Part shown: positions 48,708 through 59,298 of the stretch, in pieces
Position numbering within the stretch: position 1 is the stretch's first letter
Layout: each line of letters opens with the position of its first letter
From: Pseudobdellovibrionaceae bacterium
GTDB taxonomy: Bacteria; Bdellovibrionota; Bdellovibrionia; Bdellovibrionales; UBA1609
Assembly: GCA_025354795.1 (NCBI GenBank)
Contig: JANXMF010000075.1
Location: forward strand, 3,161-67,160
Direction of reading: 5' to 3'
Length of the DNA stretch: 64,000 bases
Program-made: the position numbers and the translations under genes
The notes under the pieces: generated by a model
The model's database searches: none
Seen by the model: the letters and a program-made list of their open reading frames with translations, nothing else
Told to the model about the DNA's origin: nothing

Positions 48708-50930
48708 ATGAGCGAGTCCGCTATTGAACTTAGACCCACTGACACTAGCCCACAAAGTCTCGATGAGCTTTTTGAACGCATTCGTGTTTATTTTCCCAAT
48801 GCCGACTTAAGTCTAATTCAAAAGGCCTATGAGTTTTCGGAAAAAGCCCACTCCGGGCAAATCCGTCGCAGTGGTGACCCCTACATCATTCATCCGCTGG
48901 GCGTAGCCGCGATCCTTGCGGAGCTGCATCTCGATTTGGCTTCGATCGCCACGGGCTTGCTCCATGATACTGTCGAAGACACCCAAGTTACGCTGCCGGA
49001 TATTGAAAAGAATTTTGGACCGACCGTCGCCCGCTTGGTCGACGGTGTGACCAAAATATCGTTGATGAAATTTCGCAACACCCACGAAAAGCAGGGCGAG
49101 AATATACGCAAAATGATCGTGGCCATGGGTAAGGACGTGCGCGTGGTGTTAGTGAAACTCGCGGACCGTTTGCACAATATGCGCACGCTCAATCATATGC
49201 CGCCCGACAAACAGGCGCGCATCGCCTCGGAGACGCTGGATATCTACGCGCCGCTCGCGACCCGACTCGGCATCAACGCGATCAAAATTGAACTCGAAGA
49301 CTTGTCTTTTCGCTATGTTTTTCCGGAAGTGTATTACTCGCTGGCGCAAAAAGTAGCCAAGAAAAAACGTGAGCGGGAAAAGTACATAGAGGATGTAAAA
49401 AAAATTCTCAATGTCGAGCTGGATAAGCGCACGCTGATCAAATTCGAAGTGGCCGGCCGACCTAAACACCTTTGGTCTATTTATCGAAAGATGCACACGC
49501 GCAGTATCGATTATGAGCAAGTGTTTGATGTGCTGGCTTTTCGCGTGAACGTCAATAGCGTCGCCGAGTGCTATGAGGTTTTAGGATTGGTCCACTCCCT
49601 GTGGAAACCGATTCCGGGCCGTTTTAAAGACTTTATCGCCATGCCGAAGAACAATAGCTACCAGTCGCTCCACACCACCGTGATCGGTCCCGGAGCCGAG
49701 CGTATTGAAATTCAAATTCGTACCTATGAGATGCATTTGATCGCCGAGAAAGGCATTGCCGCTCACTGGCAGTACAAGGAAACTTCCGACGAGGGCGATG
49801 TTGATCAAGAAAATCTCAAACGCTTCAACGGCCTGCGCGAACTGATCCGCGAACACCAAACCACTACCAATCCCGATGAGCTGCTCGAAAATTTTAAGAC
49901 CGATCTCTTTGACAATGAGATCTACGTGTTTACGCCCAAGGGCGACGTCAAAGAATTTCCCGAGGGCGCAACCCCGATCGATTTCGCCTTTTCGGTGCAC
50001 ACCGATGTCGGCAACCGCATTGTCTCGGCGCGGGTGAACGGCAAAATGGTTTCGATCAAACACCGTTTGAAGAGCGGCGACACCATCGAAGTCATCACTT
50101 CGAAAACCCAACAGCCTTCAAAGGATTGGCTCAAGAGTTGTATCACCACCCGCGCCAAGTCTAAGATTCGCCAATTTGTAAAAACCGAAGAACGCAAACG
50201 CGCTTACGATCTGGGCAAAGAAATGCTCGACAAGTATTTCCGCAAAGCCGGCATGAGCATTCAACGGGCCCTCGAAAAGCCGGAGTTTGAAACTTTTGCC
50301 CGCGATCAGGGCTGCGGCAATGCCGAGGATGTCTTTGTCAAAGTTGGCTACGGCGCGATCACCCCGGCGATAGTCATGGCCGGTTTGAAGATTGAAGTGC
50401 CGACCGGTAAAGAGGCGCCCAAAGAAGACGGCTATATCAAAAAAGCTTTTCAGGCAGCGATCGGTAAGAAAAAACAAACGGCTTCGCTGATTCGCGTGGA
50501 CGGACTTAACGACGTGCTGGTGCGTTTTGCCAAATGTTGCAACCCTATTCCGGGCGATTCCATTTTGGGCTTTATCACCTTGGGTCGCGGCTTGGTCATT
50601 CACCGCGCGGACTGTTCCAAAACTTTTGAACTCGATCAGGCGCGGCGCATGGATGTCGAGTGGAGCGGTTCCCAGGCCCCCGACACTGGCCGCACGGTTT
50701 CGATTCGAGTCTTAAGTCATGACACTCCCGGCTTGCTCAAGAGTATGAGTGAGGTTTTTGCCACGCACGCAATCAACATTCTCAATGCCCAGGCGCGCAC
50801 CACCAAGGACTTAAAAGGCATTTGCACTTTTGATGTGAGCATTCGTGATACTCGACAATTGTCGGAAGTCATGGGGGATTTGAGTAAACTTAAGGGTGTG
50901 ATTGGGGTTACTCGGATTACTCATGCGTGA
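48708..50930 (+). CDS. rel: bifunctional (p)ppGpp synthetase/hydrolase (long RSH)
   Basis: LHDTVED hydrolase motif; GRPKH, YQSLHT and EIQIRT synthetase motifs; TGS, ZFD and ACT domains. Confidence 0.95.
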   Translation: MSESAIELRPTDTSPQSLDELFERIRVYFPNADLSLIQKAYEFSEKAHSGQIRRSGDPYIIHPLGVAAILAELHLDLASIATGLLHDTVEDTQVTLPDIEKNFGPTVARLVDGVTKISLMKFRNTHEKQGENIRKMIVAMGKDVRVVLVKLADRLHNMRTLNHMPPDKQARIASETLDIYAPLATRLGINAIKIELEDLSFRYVFPEVYYSLAQKVAKKKREREKYIEDVKKILNVELDKRTLIKFEVAGRPKHLWSIYRKMHTRSIDYEQVFDVLAFRVNVNSVAECYEVLGLVHSLWKPIPGRFKDFIAMPKNNSYQSLHTTVIGPGAERIEIQIRTYEMHLIAEKGIAAHWQYKETSDEGDVDQENLKRFNGLRELIREHQTTTNPDELLENFKTDLFDNEIYVFTPKGDVKEFPEGATPIDFAFSVHTDVGNRIVSARVNGKMVSIKHRLKSGDTIEVITSKTQQPSKDWLKSCITTRAKSKIRQFVKTEERKRAYDLGKEMLDKYFRKAGMSIQRALEKPEFETFARDQGCGNAEDVFVKVGYGAITPAIVMAGLKIEVPTGKEAPKEDGYIKKAFQAAIGKKKQTASLIRVDGLNDVLVRFAKCCNPIPGDSILGFITLGRGLVIHRADCSKTFELDQARRMDVEWSGSQAPDTGRTVSIRVLSHDTPGLLKSMSEVFATHAINILNAQARTTKDLKGICTFDVSIRDTRQLSEVMGDLSKLKGVIGVTRITHA

Positions 50931-50974
50931 GTCGTGGATACCGACGGATACGACATTTCACAAAGCCTTAGTCC

Positions 50975-51170
50975 GATTTCGATCGCCGTTCAGTCGACAG
51001 GCGGTGAATTTTGTTGCAGAGTCTTAAGCAGAGCATTCACTTCCTTGGGCAAAAAGTGTTCGCCATACATAGAAATTGTTTGGCCTATTTTCATGGCGGT
51101 ACCTTTGAGCTGCCCCATCTCTTTGACTAAGATTTCAGTTTGTGCCAGCCGCTTGAGCCAAGCGCTGTCA
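50975..51170 (-). pseudogene. ABC1/AarF/UbiB kinase fragment
   Basis: Not in the ORF track. Minus frame reads ...EMGQLKGTAMKIGQTISMYGEHFLPKEVNALLKTLQQNSPPVD*TAIE, containing the KxGQ motif, with an in-frame TGA at 50992-50990. Confidence 0.75.
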
Positions 51171-51284
51171 ATACGGAGGCATTTGTGGTCAGCCTGAGCG
51201 CGGGTGGTCTAGTCCAGCAGGCCTCGCAGGCGTTGCCCTTTAAGCTGACGCTGACTGGGCCATGGCTTGGGTAGTGAAAATGCT

Positions 51285-52154
51285 TTAGAACGGAACCGCT
51301 AGACCGGCGCGCACTTCAATCCAGGAAGCTTCCACCTCGTTGGACTTTGGCAAGAGTCCGTATTCGATGCTGATGGGAATGTACATCGTCGGTGAAAGAA
51401 ACCAATCCAGTCCGCCGCTAATTAAGATCACACTGGTGTTGCTAATACTGCCGGAGTCGAGGGCCGAGGCGGATTTGGAAGCGGGGAACATCAAGCTCAT
51501 GCCGCCGCCTAGCCATGGGCGATAATTGCCTTCGCTGAACACGTAGCGACCGAGAAAATCGGCGGCGATATAATAGATGCTGGCGTTACATGCATCGGTG
51601 CCGGAGGTGCCGCAGATGGAAGAGCCTCTTGCACTAAAACTCTCGAGACCGCCAAGACCGCGAAACCAGATTTGCGGAAATAGTTCGTAATCAAACAGAC
51701 CCTTGGCGCTGAACGATGTCCCGGACAAGGCGGCATCGGCCGCGACCTTGGTGATGGGGTTCGTCACGCGCACCTTCATGCTGTCCATCGCCAGGCCCAA
51801 AACGCCGCCCCAATAAGACCTGCCGGTCGGTTGGGCGGTGTGTTTGCTGCGGCCTTTGGAGGCGTTGCCGCCTCCGCCACTTCGAGCTTGCAGAGTCATG
51901 CCGGCTTCGGCCTTACCCTTGGTGATCTTAGCGATGGCTTTGTCGCCCTTAACTTTGGTAATTTGCAAAATGCCGCGCTTTTTGCCGTCCGAACTCAGGG
52001 CGAAAAACTGATCGCCGGCAGAGGCGGAGTCACCCTTCAGATCGATCAGTGCGCTGCCGCCTTTCACTTTGGTGACCTCGGCCGCAAACGAAAAGACGCT
52101 GTGAAAAGTGAGTATCAAAGACCAAACTAAAACGATATAGAGATTGCGCATCAT
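51285..52154 (-). CDS. exported protein with C-terminal outer membrane beta-barrel
   Basis: Signal peptide, small beta domain, Gly linker, barrel strands (RPWLGGG), terminal Phe. Confidence 0.7.
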   Translation of the reverse strand: MMRNLYIVLVWSLILTFHSVFSFAAEVTKVKGGSALIDLKGDSASAGDQFFALSSDGKKRGILQITKVKGDKAIAKITKGKAEAGMTLQARSGGGGNASKGRSKHTAQPTGRSYWGGVLGLAMDSMKVRVTNPITKVAADAALSGTSFSAKGLFDYELFPQIWFRGLGGLESFSARGSSICGTSGTDACNASIYYIAADFLGRYVFSEGNYRPWLGGGMSLMFPASKSASALDSGSISNTSVILISGGLDWFLSPTMYIPISIEYGLLPKSNEVEASWIEVRAGLAVPF

Positions 52155-52225
52155 GGATGTCGACTCCCGGCAAAGCGTACCTTCAGTTTAGGGTATTTCT
52201 GAATCGGAATGCAAACTTGGGAGGA

Positions 52226-52591
52226 TTACCTAGTCTTAGGTAATGAGTTCGATAAGTCCAATTTTGCCAACGTCAAAGCCACGGCGTCGGATGTCTTTTC
52301 GTAGAGTTCCTGGGCCGAAGCAAAGCGATAATAACAACTAAATGTCTCGTCTTGCACGGGCTGCACCCGCATTTGATAACCATCACCCTCATAAACATAA
52401 AGATCCGCGCGGGGATTGCTTTCGATTATCAGCCAAGCTGGACGGGAGAATTCATGATCGCAAGTTTGCAAATTCGCCAGAGCCGAATAGCCGGCCCACT
52501 GAAGTCCTTGCGATTCAACAAACTTGCGGCCGTCGGATTGATAAACCGAGCAGCCGAGTATAAATGGAATGAGTAGCCACATCGCACGCAT
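52226..52591 (-). CDS. hypothetical lipoprotein
   Basis: Lipobox ILGC. Confidence 0.65.
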   Translation of the reverse strand: MRAMWLLIPFILGCSVYQSDGRKFVESQGLQWAGYSALANLQTCDHEFSRPAWLIIESNPRADLYVYEGDGYQMRVQPVQDETFSCYYRFASAQELYEKTSDAVALTLAKLDLSNSLPKTR

Positions 52592-52629
52592 CCCTTAAGG
52601 TTAAAAGGGATTGCGAGAGAATGTCCAAT

Positions 52630-53058
52630 TTAAAAAGGAATCTCGTCGGAGTTATCAAACGCTGGTTCCGGACCAAACTCCTGAGTCGGGAATTCGTTAC
52701 CGGCTTGACCGCTGGAAGCGGACGGTGAGCCACCGCCCAAAAACTGCACCGTATTCGCTACGATTTCAGTGGTATAGCGCTTCTGACCCTGGGGATCTTC
52801 CCACGAGCGGGTTTGCAGGCGGCCTTCGACATAACACTGGCGGCCCTTGACTAAATATTTGCCGCAGAGCTCGGCCAACTTGCCCCACACCACGACCCGG
52901 TGCCATTCGGTGCGCTCCTGTTTTTGCCCCTGTTTGTCGGTCCAATTTTCACTGGTGGCAATCGACAAGCGCGCGACATTGTTGCCGCCGGTGATCGTTT
53001 TGAGCTCAGGATCCGCACCCAAACGGCCCACTACAATAACTTTATTCACGCCTGACAT
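52630..53058 (-). CDS. ssb: single-stranded DNA-binding protein
   Basis: NKVI.VGRLG.DP, TEWHRV and C-terminal DEIPF. Confidence 0.98.
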   Translation of the reverse strand: MSGVNKVIVVGRLGADPELKTITGGNNVARLSIATSENWTDKQGQKQERTEWHRVVVWGKLAELCGKYLVKGRQCYVEGRLQTRSWEDPQGQKRYTTEIVANTVQFLGGGSPSASSGQAGNEFPTQEFGPEPAFDNSDEIPF

Positions 53059-53147
53059 AATCCCTCCATAAGTAAAAAAATGAATTGAGGCTACAAACTA
53101 GATATCCTCAACTGGGGTGAAGTCAAGCCCAGTGCATGGGGTCGGTC

Positions 53148-54200
53148 TTAAAAAGAATTCAAACGAACTATAGAGGGCGGCGGGCCAAAACCCTGTCCGG
53201 ACGCGGAAAAGAGGTAGTGCGAGCCAGTCGGGGTGGAACTCTTGGCTGAGTCAAAAAGCAAAAACGCAAAGCCGATTTCTTTGTCCACCGTTTTGGAAGT
53301 GTGCAAATCCACATTCAAATTGTAGGGACCGAATTGAGGCTGAACTTGCATCCCGTCATTGACGAATTTAAGCGCGATCTGGCCTTTGATGCGTCCGTTT
53401 ATCGGATCTTTGCTTTGACCAAAGGTGCCTTCATCAATGGAAAATTTGCCACCCGCGAGTTTTCCGCGCAGCACCACGTTGGCCAAAGTTAAACTGGGCA
53501 AGCTGATCGGCATGGACGCGCCCTCAAAAGGAACCATCACGGTGCCGGCGTTCATACTGAATTTGCTGAAGCGCAGATCGATTTCGCCCTCGGGCTGCTC
53601 GGGCTGCTCGGTCAGCGAGGGCGTGAATTGCACGTTGGTATCGAGCGTCGCCTGGCCCTGCATTTTGAGCGGAAGATCGCTCCATTTTTGAAATTCGCTC
53701 AAATTGAGATGCTCAACAAACAAAGATACTTTAGAACGCTCACTGCCTTGATCGCCGCCGCTACCGGGCCGGATTTTAGCTTCCACCTCCGCACCCAGAA
53801 GCCCTTGCGCGAAAACCGTGATACCTAAGCGCGACATCATTTTGGCGCTCGCTTCGGGGTCGCCCGAGCTGGCTTTTTTAATGGTCCACAGGTTCATAAC
53901 AATGCTCAGCCACGAGGGCGAAAGCTTCATCCACTTGGCCTCCACTGGCGGAAAAGCCGGCGTCTCAAGCGAAATCCCGTGGCCTGAGATGGCCGGAGTG
54001 GGCAGCAGATTCAAATCCAGAGTCTCAAATTGTAGATAAATTTTGTTGTTGGTGGAGCGGGCCACGGTGGAGGTCACCAGATCCGACAGATCGCCAAATG
54101 GAAAAAACCACACGAAGAAAAGCAGCGCCGAAACCAGGGTTACGAAAAAAAAAGTTTTCTTAGACCAGATCCAGCCCATCAAATCCCAAAAGTATTTCAC
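53148..54200 (-). CDS. gspN: type II secretion system protein N-like
   Basis: N-terminal TM ending FP followed by a long beta-rich domain; last gene of the gsp cluster. Confidence 0.7.
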   Translation of the reverse strand: MKYFWDLMGWIWSKKTFFFVTLVSALLFFVWFFPFGDLSDLVTSTVARSTNNKIYLQFETLDLNLLPTPAISGHGISLETPAFPPVEAKWMKLSPSWLSIVMNLWTIKKASSGDPEASAKMMSRLGITVFAQGLLGAEVEAKIRPGSGGDQGSERSKVSLFVEHLNLSEFQKWSDLPLKMQGQATLDTNVQFTPSLTEQPEQPEGEIDLRFSKFSMNAGTVMVPFEGASMPISLPSLTLANVVLRGKLAGGKFSIDEGTFGQSKDPINGRIKGQIALKFVNDGMQVQPQFGPYNLNVDLHTSKTVDKEIGFAFLLFDSAKSSTPTGSHYLFSASGQGFGPPPSIVRLNSF

Positions 54201-54913
54201 TCCGGGGTCTCCTCTTCAGTGGCTTTCGCGGGCCGTTTTTTCGGGCCCTTCTTGGCGCCTTTGCTCTCCACATCGGGTTCGCCGGCACCGATAACGGGCA
54301 ACGCGAACTGCACCACGCGCGCGATCATGTCGTAGTAATGGGTTTGACCGGCGCTTTGTACGATATCAATGCCCATCAACTTCATGCCTTGCCCGAGCGA
54401 CTGCAGTTGATAGCTGAGCGAAGTCATTTGCTCGAGATTCAGTTTTTTGAGCTGAACCACGATTCCCGTTTGTATCACGACGGGCGGCGCGAGGTTTTTG
54501 GCGGGATTCGCGGGGAGCGGTTGGATTTCACCGATCTGATCGGGGATCAAACGATGCTCTTTGAGCACGGCGTCGATTTGGCTGCGCAATGTTCCCGGCT
54601 CAATCGGCGGGGGCAGCGGCGAGGGTTCTTTAGCGGTGCGAGCGGCGTGCAGCAGCCCGAGGAGGAGTGAACGATTGTCGTTGAACTCCGTCATGTGATC
54701 GGAGGAATCGGAAAGATAGCCCATGGGAAACGACAACAACAGCAGCACGAACAGTGCTGCGAGGGCGCCGATGATGGCGCGTTGAATGGAAGGCGATTGG
54801 CTCTCGAATTTTTCCCGTAGATTATTGAAGGTGGAGTTCTCTTGGATTTTACCGCTGAGTTCGGTCCAATTGTCCTTAAGCTGCTCTTTGACGGATTCAA
54901 ACGCCACGCTCAA
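54197..54913 (-). CDS. gspM: type II secretion system protein M-like
   Basis: Single TM plus ferredoxin-like periplasmic segment; located between gspL and gspN. Confidence 0.6.
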   Translation of the reverse strand: MSVAFESVKEQLKDNWTELSGKIQENSTFNNLREKFESQSPSIQRAIIGALAALFVLLLLSFPMGYLSDSSDHMTEFNDNRSLLLGLLHAARTAKEPSPLPPPIEPGTLRSQIDAVLKEHRLIPDQIGEIQPLPANPAKNLAPPVVIQTGIVVQLKKLNLEQMTSLSYQLQSLGQGMKLMGIDIVQSAGQTHYYDMIARVVQFALPVIGAGEPDVESKGAKKGPKKRPAKATEEETPE

Positions 54914-56556
54914 CCTCCCGCATAGCGCTGAATATTCAAGCGAAAGGCGAAGGGCGTTTGACCAGGTGGCGTAGAGATGCGCGACTGAATGGCTTCTGCC
55001 TTGCCGGTGGAGGAAACCTTCTGGAGCACCGCTTGCACGCGCTGTACGCCTGCGACTGAACCGGTGTAACCGTGGACTTCGGCGACTTCGTTGTCGATGG
55101 AAATGCGTTTGATCTCAAGGGGCAAAATCGCGCCTGGCGGCAATTGCGCACTGATCAGGTTGAGCATATCGAGCGCCGAATTGAGATGCGTGACCTTTTC
55201 CGCTTGCTTTCGGTTTCGAGCGTCTTTTTCCACATTGCTTAAAAATTTGCGGATATTGTCATTGCCCCCGCGTTTGCCCTTAAGGCCCGCGATCGATTCG
55301 GCCTGGAGGCGTAGTACGCGATCGGATTCATCGAGCAAGCGCTGGCTCAACGACTCGCGCGCGATTGCAAAAATGATCAGGAATATGAACGCCGTGCCCA
55401 GCAGTTGCGCGGAATAGCCCCATTTTTGCCACAGGGTTTCGAAAAAATGACTTTGCTGCGCGAACTCGCCCTTTAAGAAGTTAGGGGCTGGATTGCGCGG
55501 GCGCTTGAGAGCTTCCAGCGCTAAACCTATGGCCACGCCGGTGACACTTTCAAGATGCGCAGTGGTTTCAAAATTCACGGCGGGGTGAATTTCAAATTGT
55601 TTGTAACGGTTAAACGGCATCTCAAAGCACATGGTCAAAAACGCGCCCAGGTTTTTGAGCAGTGAGCCGCCGCCGAGCATAAGGCCTTTGCTCCATTGCA
55701 AATTGAATTCGCTCTGAAGTTCGAACATTTTTAGGCGCATGCTGGCAACGAGTTCTTGCAAACTCTTCTCAATGGTTTGCGAAAAAGCCAACTGCTCCTT
55801 GGTGCCCTGGCCTTTTTCCATGAGCAAAAAGCCTTTGAGCTGAAGCTCGCGCACGGCTTGAATGTAGTTCATGCCATACTTGGCGCCGATGGCATCGGCC
55901 ATGTTCTTACCGCCCCAATCGATGTTGCGCGCGCCGATCATAATGCCTTCGCAAAAAACCAAGAGCTGTGAATTGAGGTGGCCGATGTTGAGGATTAAAT
56001 CAGCATTGCGCGGAGCCGGAATGTCATGAGCGAACTCGGCACTTTCGGGCGGGGGCTCGGACCAGCGCTCAAATAAATTTCCCAGCGCCAAACTCTCAGC
56101 GGAAATCAGGGTGGGATCGACACCGCAGTCGTGGGCCATGCTGAGAACTTCACCGACCCGATCTTTGGGCGCGGCCATCGCGAGCACATCGGAGCCCTTG
56201 CCTTTGAAGCGCACGATCTTGGTTTCAAAAATGGCATCGTCTTGCGAAAATGGCAAATCGTCTTCGAGCTGCGAGGCCACGGCCTTTTGCACCTTGAAGC
56301 GTTCGCGAAACGGGAACTGCAACAGCCGCATGCTGATCGATTTTTGCGGCAGCGCGAAGACGAATTGGGTTTTTTCTAAATCGTAGCGGGTAAACAAGGT
56401 ACGTATAGTGTCAATGATTTCAATCTTCTTATCTTTGGTGAGATCAAGGGTCAGCGGGATTTCTTGTAAGTTGCGAATCACATAGGACTTCGACGTGGAT
56501 TCGATTTCCGCGATCTTGATACTGAATGAACCGATGTCGACGCCGATGCTGATCAT
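54910..56556 (-). CDS. gspL: type II secretion protein L (PilM-like actin fold + TM + PilN-like domain)
   Basis: IGVDIGS.SIK, LNIG and GGGS motifs, then a TM and a periplasmic domain. Confidence 0.8.
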   Translation of the reverse strand: MISIGVDIGSFSIKIAEIESTSKSYVIRNLQEIPLTLDLTKDKKIEIIDTIRTLFTRYDLEKTQFVFALPQKSISMRLLQFPFRERFKVQKAVASQLEDDLPFSQDDAIFETKIVRFKGKGSDVLAMAAPKDRVGEVLSMAHDCGVDPTLISAESLALGNLFERWSEPPPESAEFAHDIPAPRNADLILNIGHLNSQLLVFCEGIMIGARNIDWGGKNMADAIGAKYGMNYIQAVRELQLKGFLLMEKGQGTKEQLAFSQTIEKSLQELVASMRLKMFELQSEFNLQWSKGLMLGGGSLLKNLGAFLTMCFEMPFNRYKQFEIHPAVNFETTAHLESVTGVAIGLALEALKRPRNPAPNFLKGEFAQQSHFFETLWQKWGYSAQLLGTAFIFLIIFAIARESLSQRLLDESDRVLRLQAESIAGLKGKRGGNDNIRKFLSNVEKDARNRKQAEKVTHLNSALDMLNLISAQLPPGAILPLEIKRISIDNEVAEVHGYTGSVAGVQRVQAVLQKVSSTGKAEAIQSRISTPPGQTPFAFRLNIQRYAGG

Positions 56557-56574
56557 AGAGGTAAGAAAAGGCTA

Positions 56575-57918
56575 TCAGTTTTCTTCCCAATACACCACCG
56601 CGGGCCTACCTTTTCCCGCTTGAATTTTGGCTTTTTTTGGACCGGGTGTCGGGTTTTTGGAATCGGCTGGCTTGTCGGCGGTTGTCGTAGTTGTTGTTGT
56701 GGTGGTGGTATTCTGATTCGCTGTACTTTTGTCCTGCTCATCCATCATGTCCGCGAGCCGACCGGTGAGATTGAGGTAATCGTAGGTGATCGCGGTGATC
56801 TCCCGCCTTACGTTGCCGGCGAGCCCGGTGGAAACTACGCGAAAATTAAATTCCACATCAAACAGTAGGGGAATTTTCGAGGCCTCGATGGCCTTGGTGT
56901 TGACGCCGTAACCCTGCACAAAGCCAAAAAAATCCTTATCATCTTTGAACGGGCCGCCAAGTTTGGGATCGTTGCGGCGGGCGATCACTTTGCCCACGAT
57001 TTCTTCGGTCATAGTCGGATCGAGCGCGATCAGTAAGTCGGCACCCGCGTAATTGATGTTCACGCCTTTAGTCCCGAAAACTGTCACGCGTGGCGCCAGG
57101 AGGTTGTAAAAATCATCGTTCATCAGCGCGACTTGGTGCAGTTCATCTAAGGTGCGAAACGGGCGATTGGGCGGCATCTCGATGTCTTTTTCTTCGAGGT
57201 CGCGATATTGACTCGTTTCATCGCCGCCATTGAGGCTGACCTTGTCTTCGTCAACGTAGTCGGCGATGTTGTTGACCAACTCCTCAAAACGAAAGCTGGC
57301 ATATTTGCGCTGAAAGTTTTCGTTGTTCTTCAATTCGTTTTGATAAATCATCAGCACCTGTTTGATCATGGATTCTTTGAGCGATTTAAGCGGCGAGCCC
57401 AGATCATTGATGTCCAATTTCCCGCCTTCGGGTGAAATCGTCGTGGTGTACTGTTGCCCCTGCATCAAGGATTCTGCCACGGCCTCTTTGAGCATATCTT
57501 TGTCGACCTCGGTGGATTTTCCGCCCCCGGGAGCGCTTGCGCTCGGCGGCCACATAAAGGGAAAGCTCCAGATCGGATCGAGCATGCTTTTCTTTTCGCC
57601 CAAGGTGTCGCCGAGTGCTGCCATCGCTTGTTTATAGAGCATGATTCGTAGCATGCTAATTTCAATTCCAGACTTGGCGGCATAATAGGCTTTGATGCGA
57701 TTGACTTGTTGCGCGGCCACCACGTAGTCCACGCTGGTGTCATAGCTGACTTCGACAGCGATGAAGGTCATTAGTACCATGGCAAAAAGCGCAATCAGTA
57801 AGGCTACGCCCTTTTGCGAGCGCAAAATCCCGAAAGCGCTAGCCTCCGGGAATGTTTTGTTGATTGGCCGCAGGCATCGAACCATTTGTCGGATCCGTGA
57901 TAGGGTTACCATTGGCAT
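56575..57918 (-). CDS. gspK: type II secretion minor pseudopilin K
   Basis: KG-VALLIAL cleavage site without Glu5; GKLDIN and VNIN.A motifs; start uncertain. Confidence 0.88.
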   Translation of the reverse strand: MPMVTLSRIRQMVRCLRPINKTFPEASAFGILRSQKGVALLIALFAMVLMTFIAVEVSYDTSVDYVVAAQQVNRIKAYYAAKSGIEISMLRIMLYKQAMAALGDTLGEKKSMLDPIWSFPFMWPPSASAPGGGKSTEVDKDMLKEAVAESLMQGQQYTTTISPEGGKLDINDLGSPLKSLKESMIKQVLMIYQNELKNNENFQRKYASFRFEELVNNIADYVDEDKVSLNGGDETSQYRDLEEKDIEMPPNRPFRTLDELHQVALMNDDFYNLLAPRVTVFGTKGVNINYAGADLLIALDPTMTEEIVGKVIARRNDPKLGGPFKDDKDFFGFVQGYGVNTKAIEASKIPLLFDVEFNFRVVSTGLAGNVRREITAITYDYLNLTGRLADMMDEQDKSTANQNTTTTTTTTTTADKPADSKNPTPGPKKAKIQAGKGRPAVVYWEEN

Positions 57919-58753
57919 CCTTTTGTTCTGGATTTTCGGGGTTATTGGGATTGCGAATTGCAGCGACCGCGGTCATGCGCAGTTTTTTATCTTTGGCCTT
58001 GGGCGAAGGATCTTTAATCTCAAGCGTGATCTCCACTGCATAAGGGAATTTATCTTTGGTCAGCGCATCGCCGCGTTCACTGGTGATCCAAGTGTCGATC
58101 CACTCTTCGGTTTTGCCGGGGCCCAAATAACGCAGCTTAAATTCGGTAACGTTTTCAAGCAGCACGGTTTCTTGCCCGTCTTTGGTGATGTCGTCATGGA
58201 AATAATCGTCCACTCTACGCCATAGGCAGTTCGAGGATTGCTCTTGATTAGAGCGGCGACGGCAGGGCTTGAGCTTGTAACCGACTTCGGCTTGGGTGGA
58301 GATTGGCGAATTTTCCATCATGCGCACATTCGAGACCGTGGTGAAATCCAGCGACGCGGCTTCACCGATAAACTGGGTGTAGATCTTTTCGGTCTTCAAT
58401 TTATACTTGTCGGGATCGACGGGCTGTGGTGGGAGAGGCGGCGGCGGCGGGGTGGCTCCGGCCCCTTTTCCAGTTGTCGACTTGTCTGCCGGCGTGTTCG
58501 CGGTTTTCTGCCGCTGCTTCTGCGCCATATTGTAGAGCGCAATATTGATGTCGCGATAGTTAAACGCCATATTGATATCACGTTCCATGGTGCGGAGAGC
58601 GTCGCGCACGGTGGCGTTCTTATCGATCTCGCCTTGCACTTTGGCTTTGGTCTGCAGCGCGCGCTGAATGGACTGTACGGTGAAGAGCGAGAGGAACGAC
58701 AAAATTAAAATAGCGATGATGACTTCGAGAAGGGTAAATCCACGTTGCCCCAC
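57839..58753 (-). CDS. gspJ: type II secretion minor pseudopilin J
   Basis: GFTLLEV prepilin motif; P.AVEI.L motif; gene order. Confidence 0.8.
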   Translation of the reverse strand: MGQRGFTLLEVIIAILILSFLSLFTVQSIQRALQTKAKVQGEIDKNATVRDALRTMERDINMAFNYRDINIALYNMAQKQRQKTANTPADKSTTGKGAGATPPPPPLPPQPVDPDKYKLKTEKIYTQFIGEAASLDFTTVSNVRMMENSPISTQAEVGYKLKPCRRRSNQEQSSNCLWRRVDDYFHDDITKDGQETVLLENVTEFKLRYLGPGKTEEWIDTWITSERGDALTKDKFPYAVEITLEIKDPSPKAKDKKLRMTAVAAIRNPNNPENPEQKDANGNPITDPTNGSMPAANQQNIPGG

Positions 58754-59298
58754 TATGGACTCCCCGCTGGTTTCTGCGCGGGGGCGGCGCTACCCCCGGC
58801 GCCGCCCAAACCAAAGTCTTTGCTGTAATCGACAAAGTATTGCACCGCTGAAAACTCGATTTCCTTGGCCCCCTTGCGTTTGAGAAAAATCGAGACCTTC
58901 ACCTCTTTGATCGCCTTGCCCAGATATTCGGTAACCTGTTTGATCATGCCAATCAAAGTGTCATCATTTTGACCTTCCGTACCGATCATCAGCGCCGACA
59001 AGTCCGGAACCACCAGGTCTTTGCTTTTGAGCGTCCAATGATACATGGGGGAATCGGTGCCAAAATCACCGCCTTCCTCTTTCGGAATTTCGTTGAGTGG
59101 CTTACCTTTATATTTGGCTTCGACTTCAATCATTTTGCGCGCGAGCAGCGTGGCCGAATCGTTGAGGTAAGTGGATTTGCGCATGCGCATGAAATTGCCA
59201 GACCAGGTGTTGGCGATGACCATGATGGCGCCGGTCAAAATAAACAGCGCCACCAAAACTTCGATCAGCGTAAAACCTGCGTTGAGCGCGCGCCTCAT
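58753..59298 (-). CDS. gspI: type II secretion minor pseudopilin I
   Basis: GFTLIEVLVAL motif; ATG overlaps the gspH stop. Confidence 0.8.
   Translation of the reverse strand: MRRALNAGFTLIEVLVALFILTGAIMVIANTWSGNFMRMRKSTYLNDSATLLARKMIEVEAKYKGKPLNEIPKEEGGDFGTDSPMYHWTLKSKDLVVPDLSALMIGTEGQNDDTLIGMIKQVTEYLGKAIKEVKVSIFLKRKGAKEIEFSAVQYFVDYSKDFGLGGAGGSAAPAQKPAGSP

Noticed and set aside
50990..50992. TGA recoding (Trp or Sec) in the ABC1 fragment
   Set aside because: TGA terminates many intact genes in this window, and the rest of the kinase is missing, so a pseudogene is the simpler explanation.
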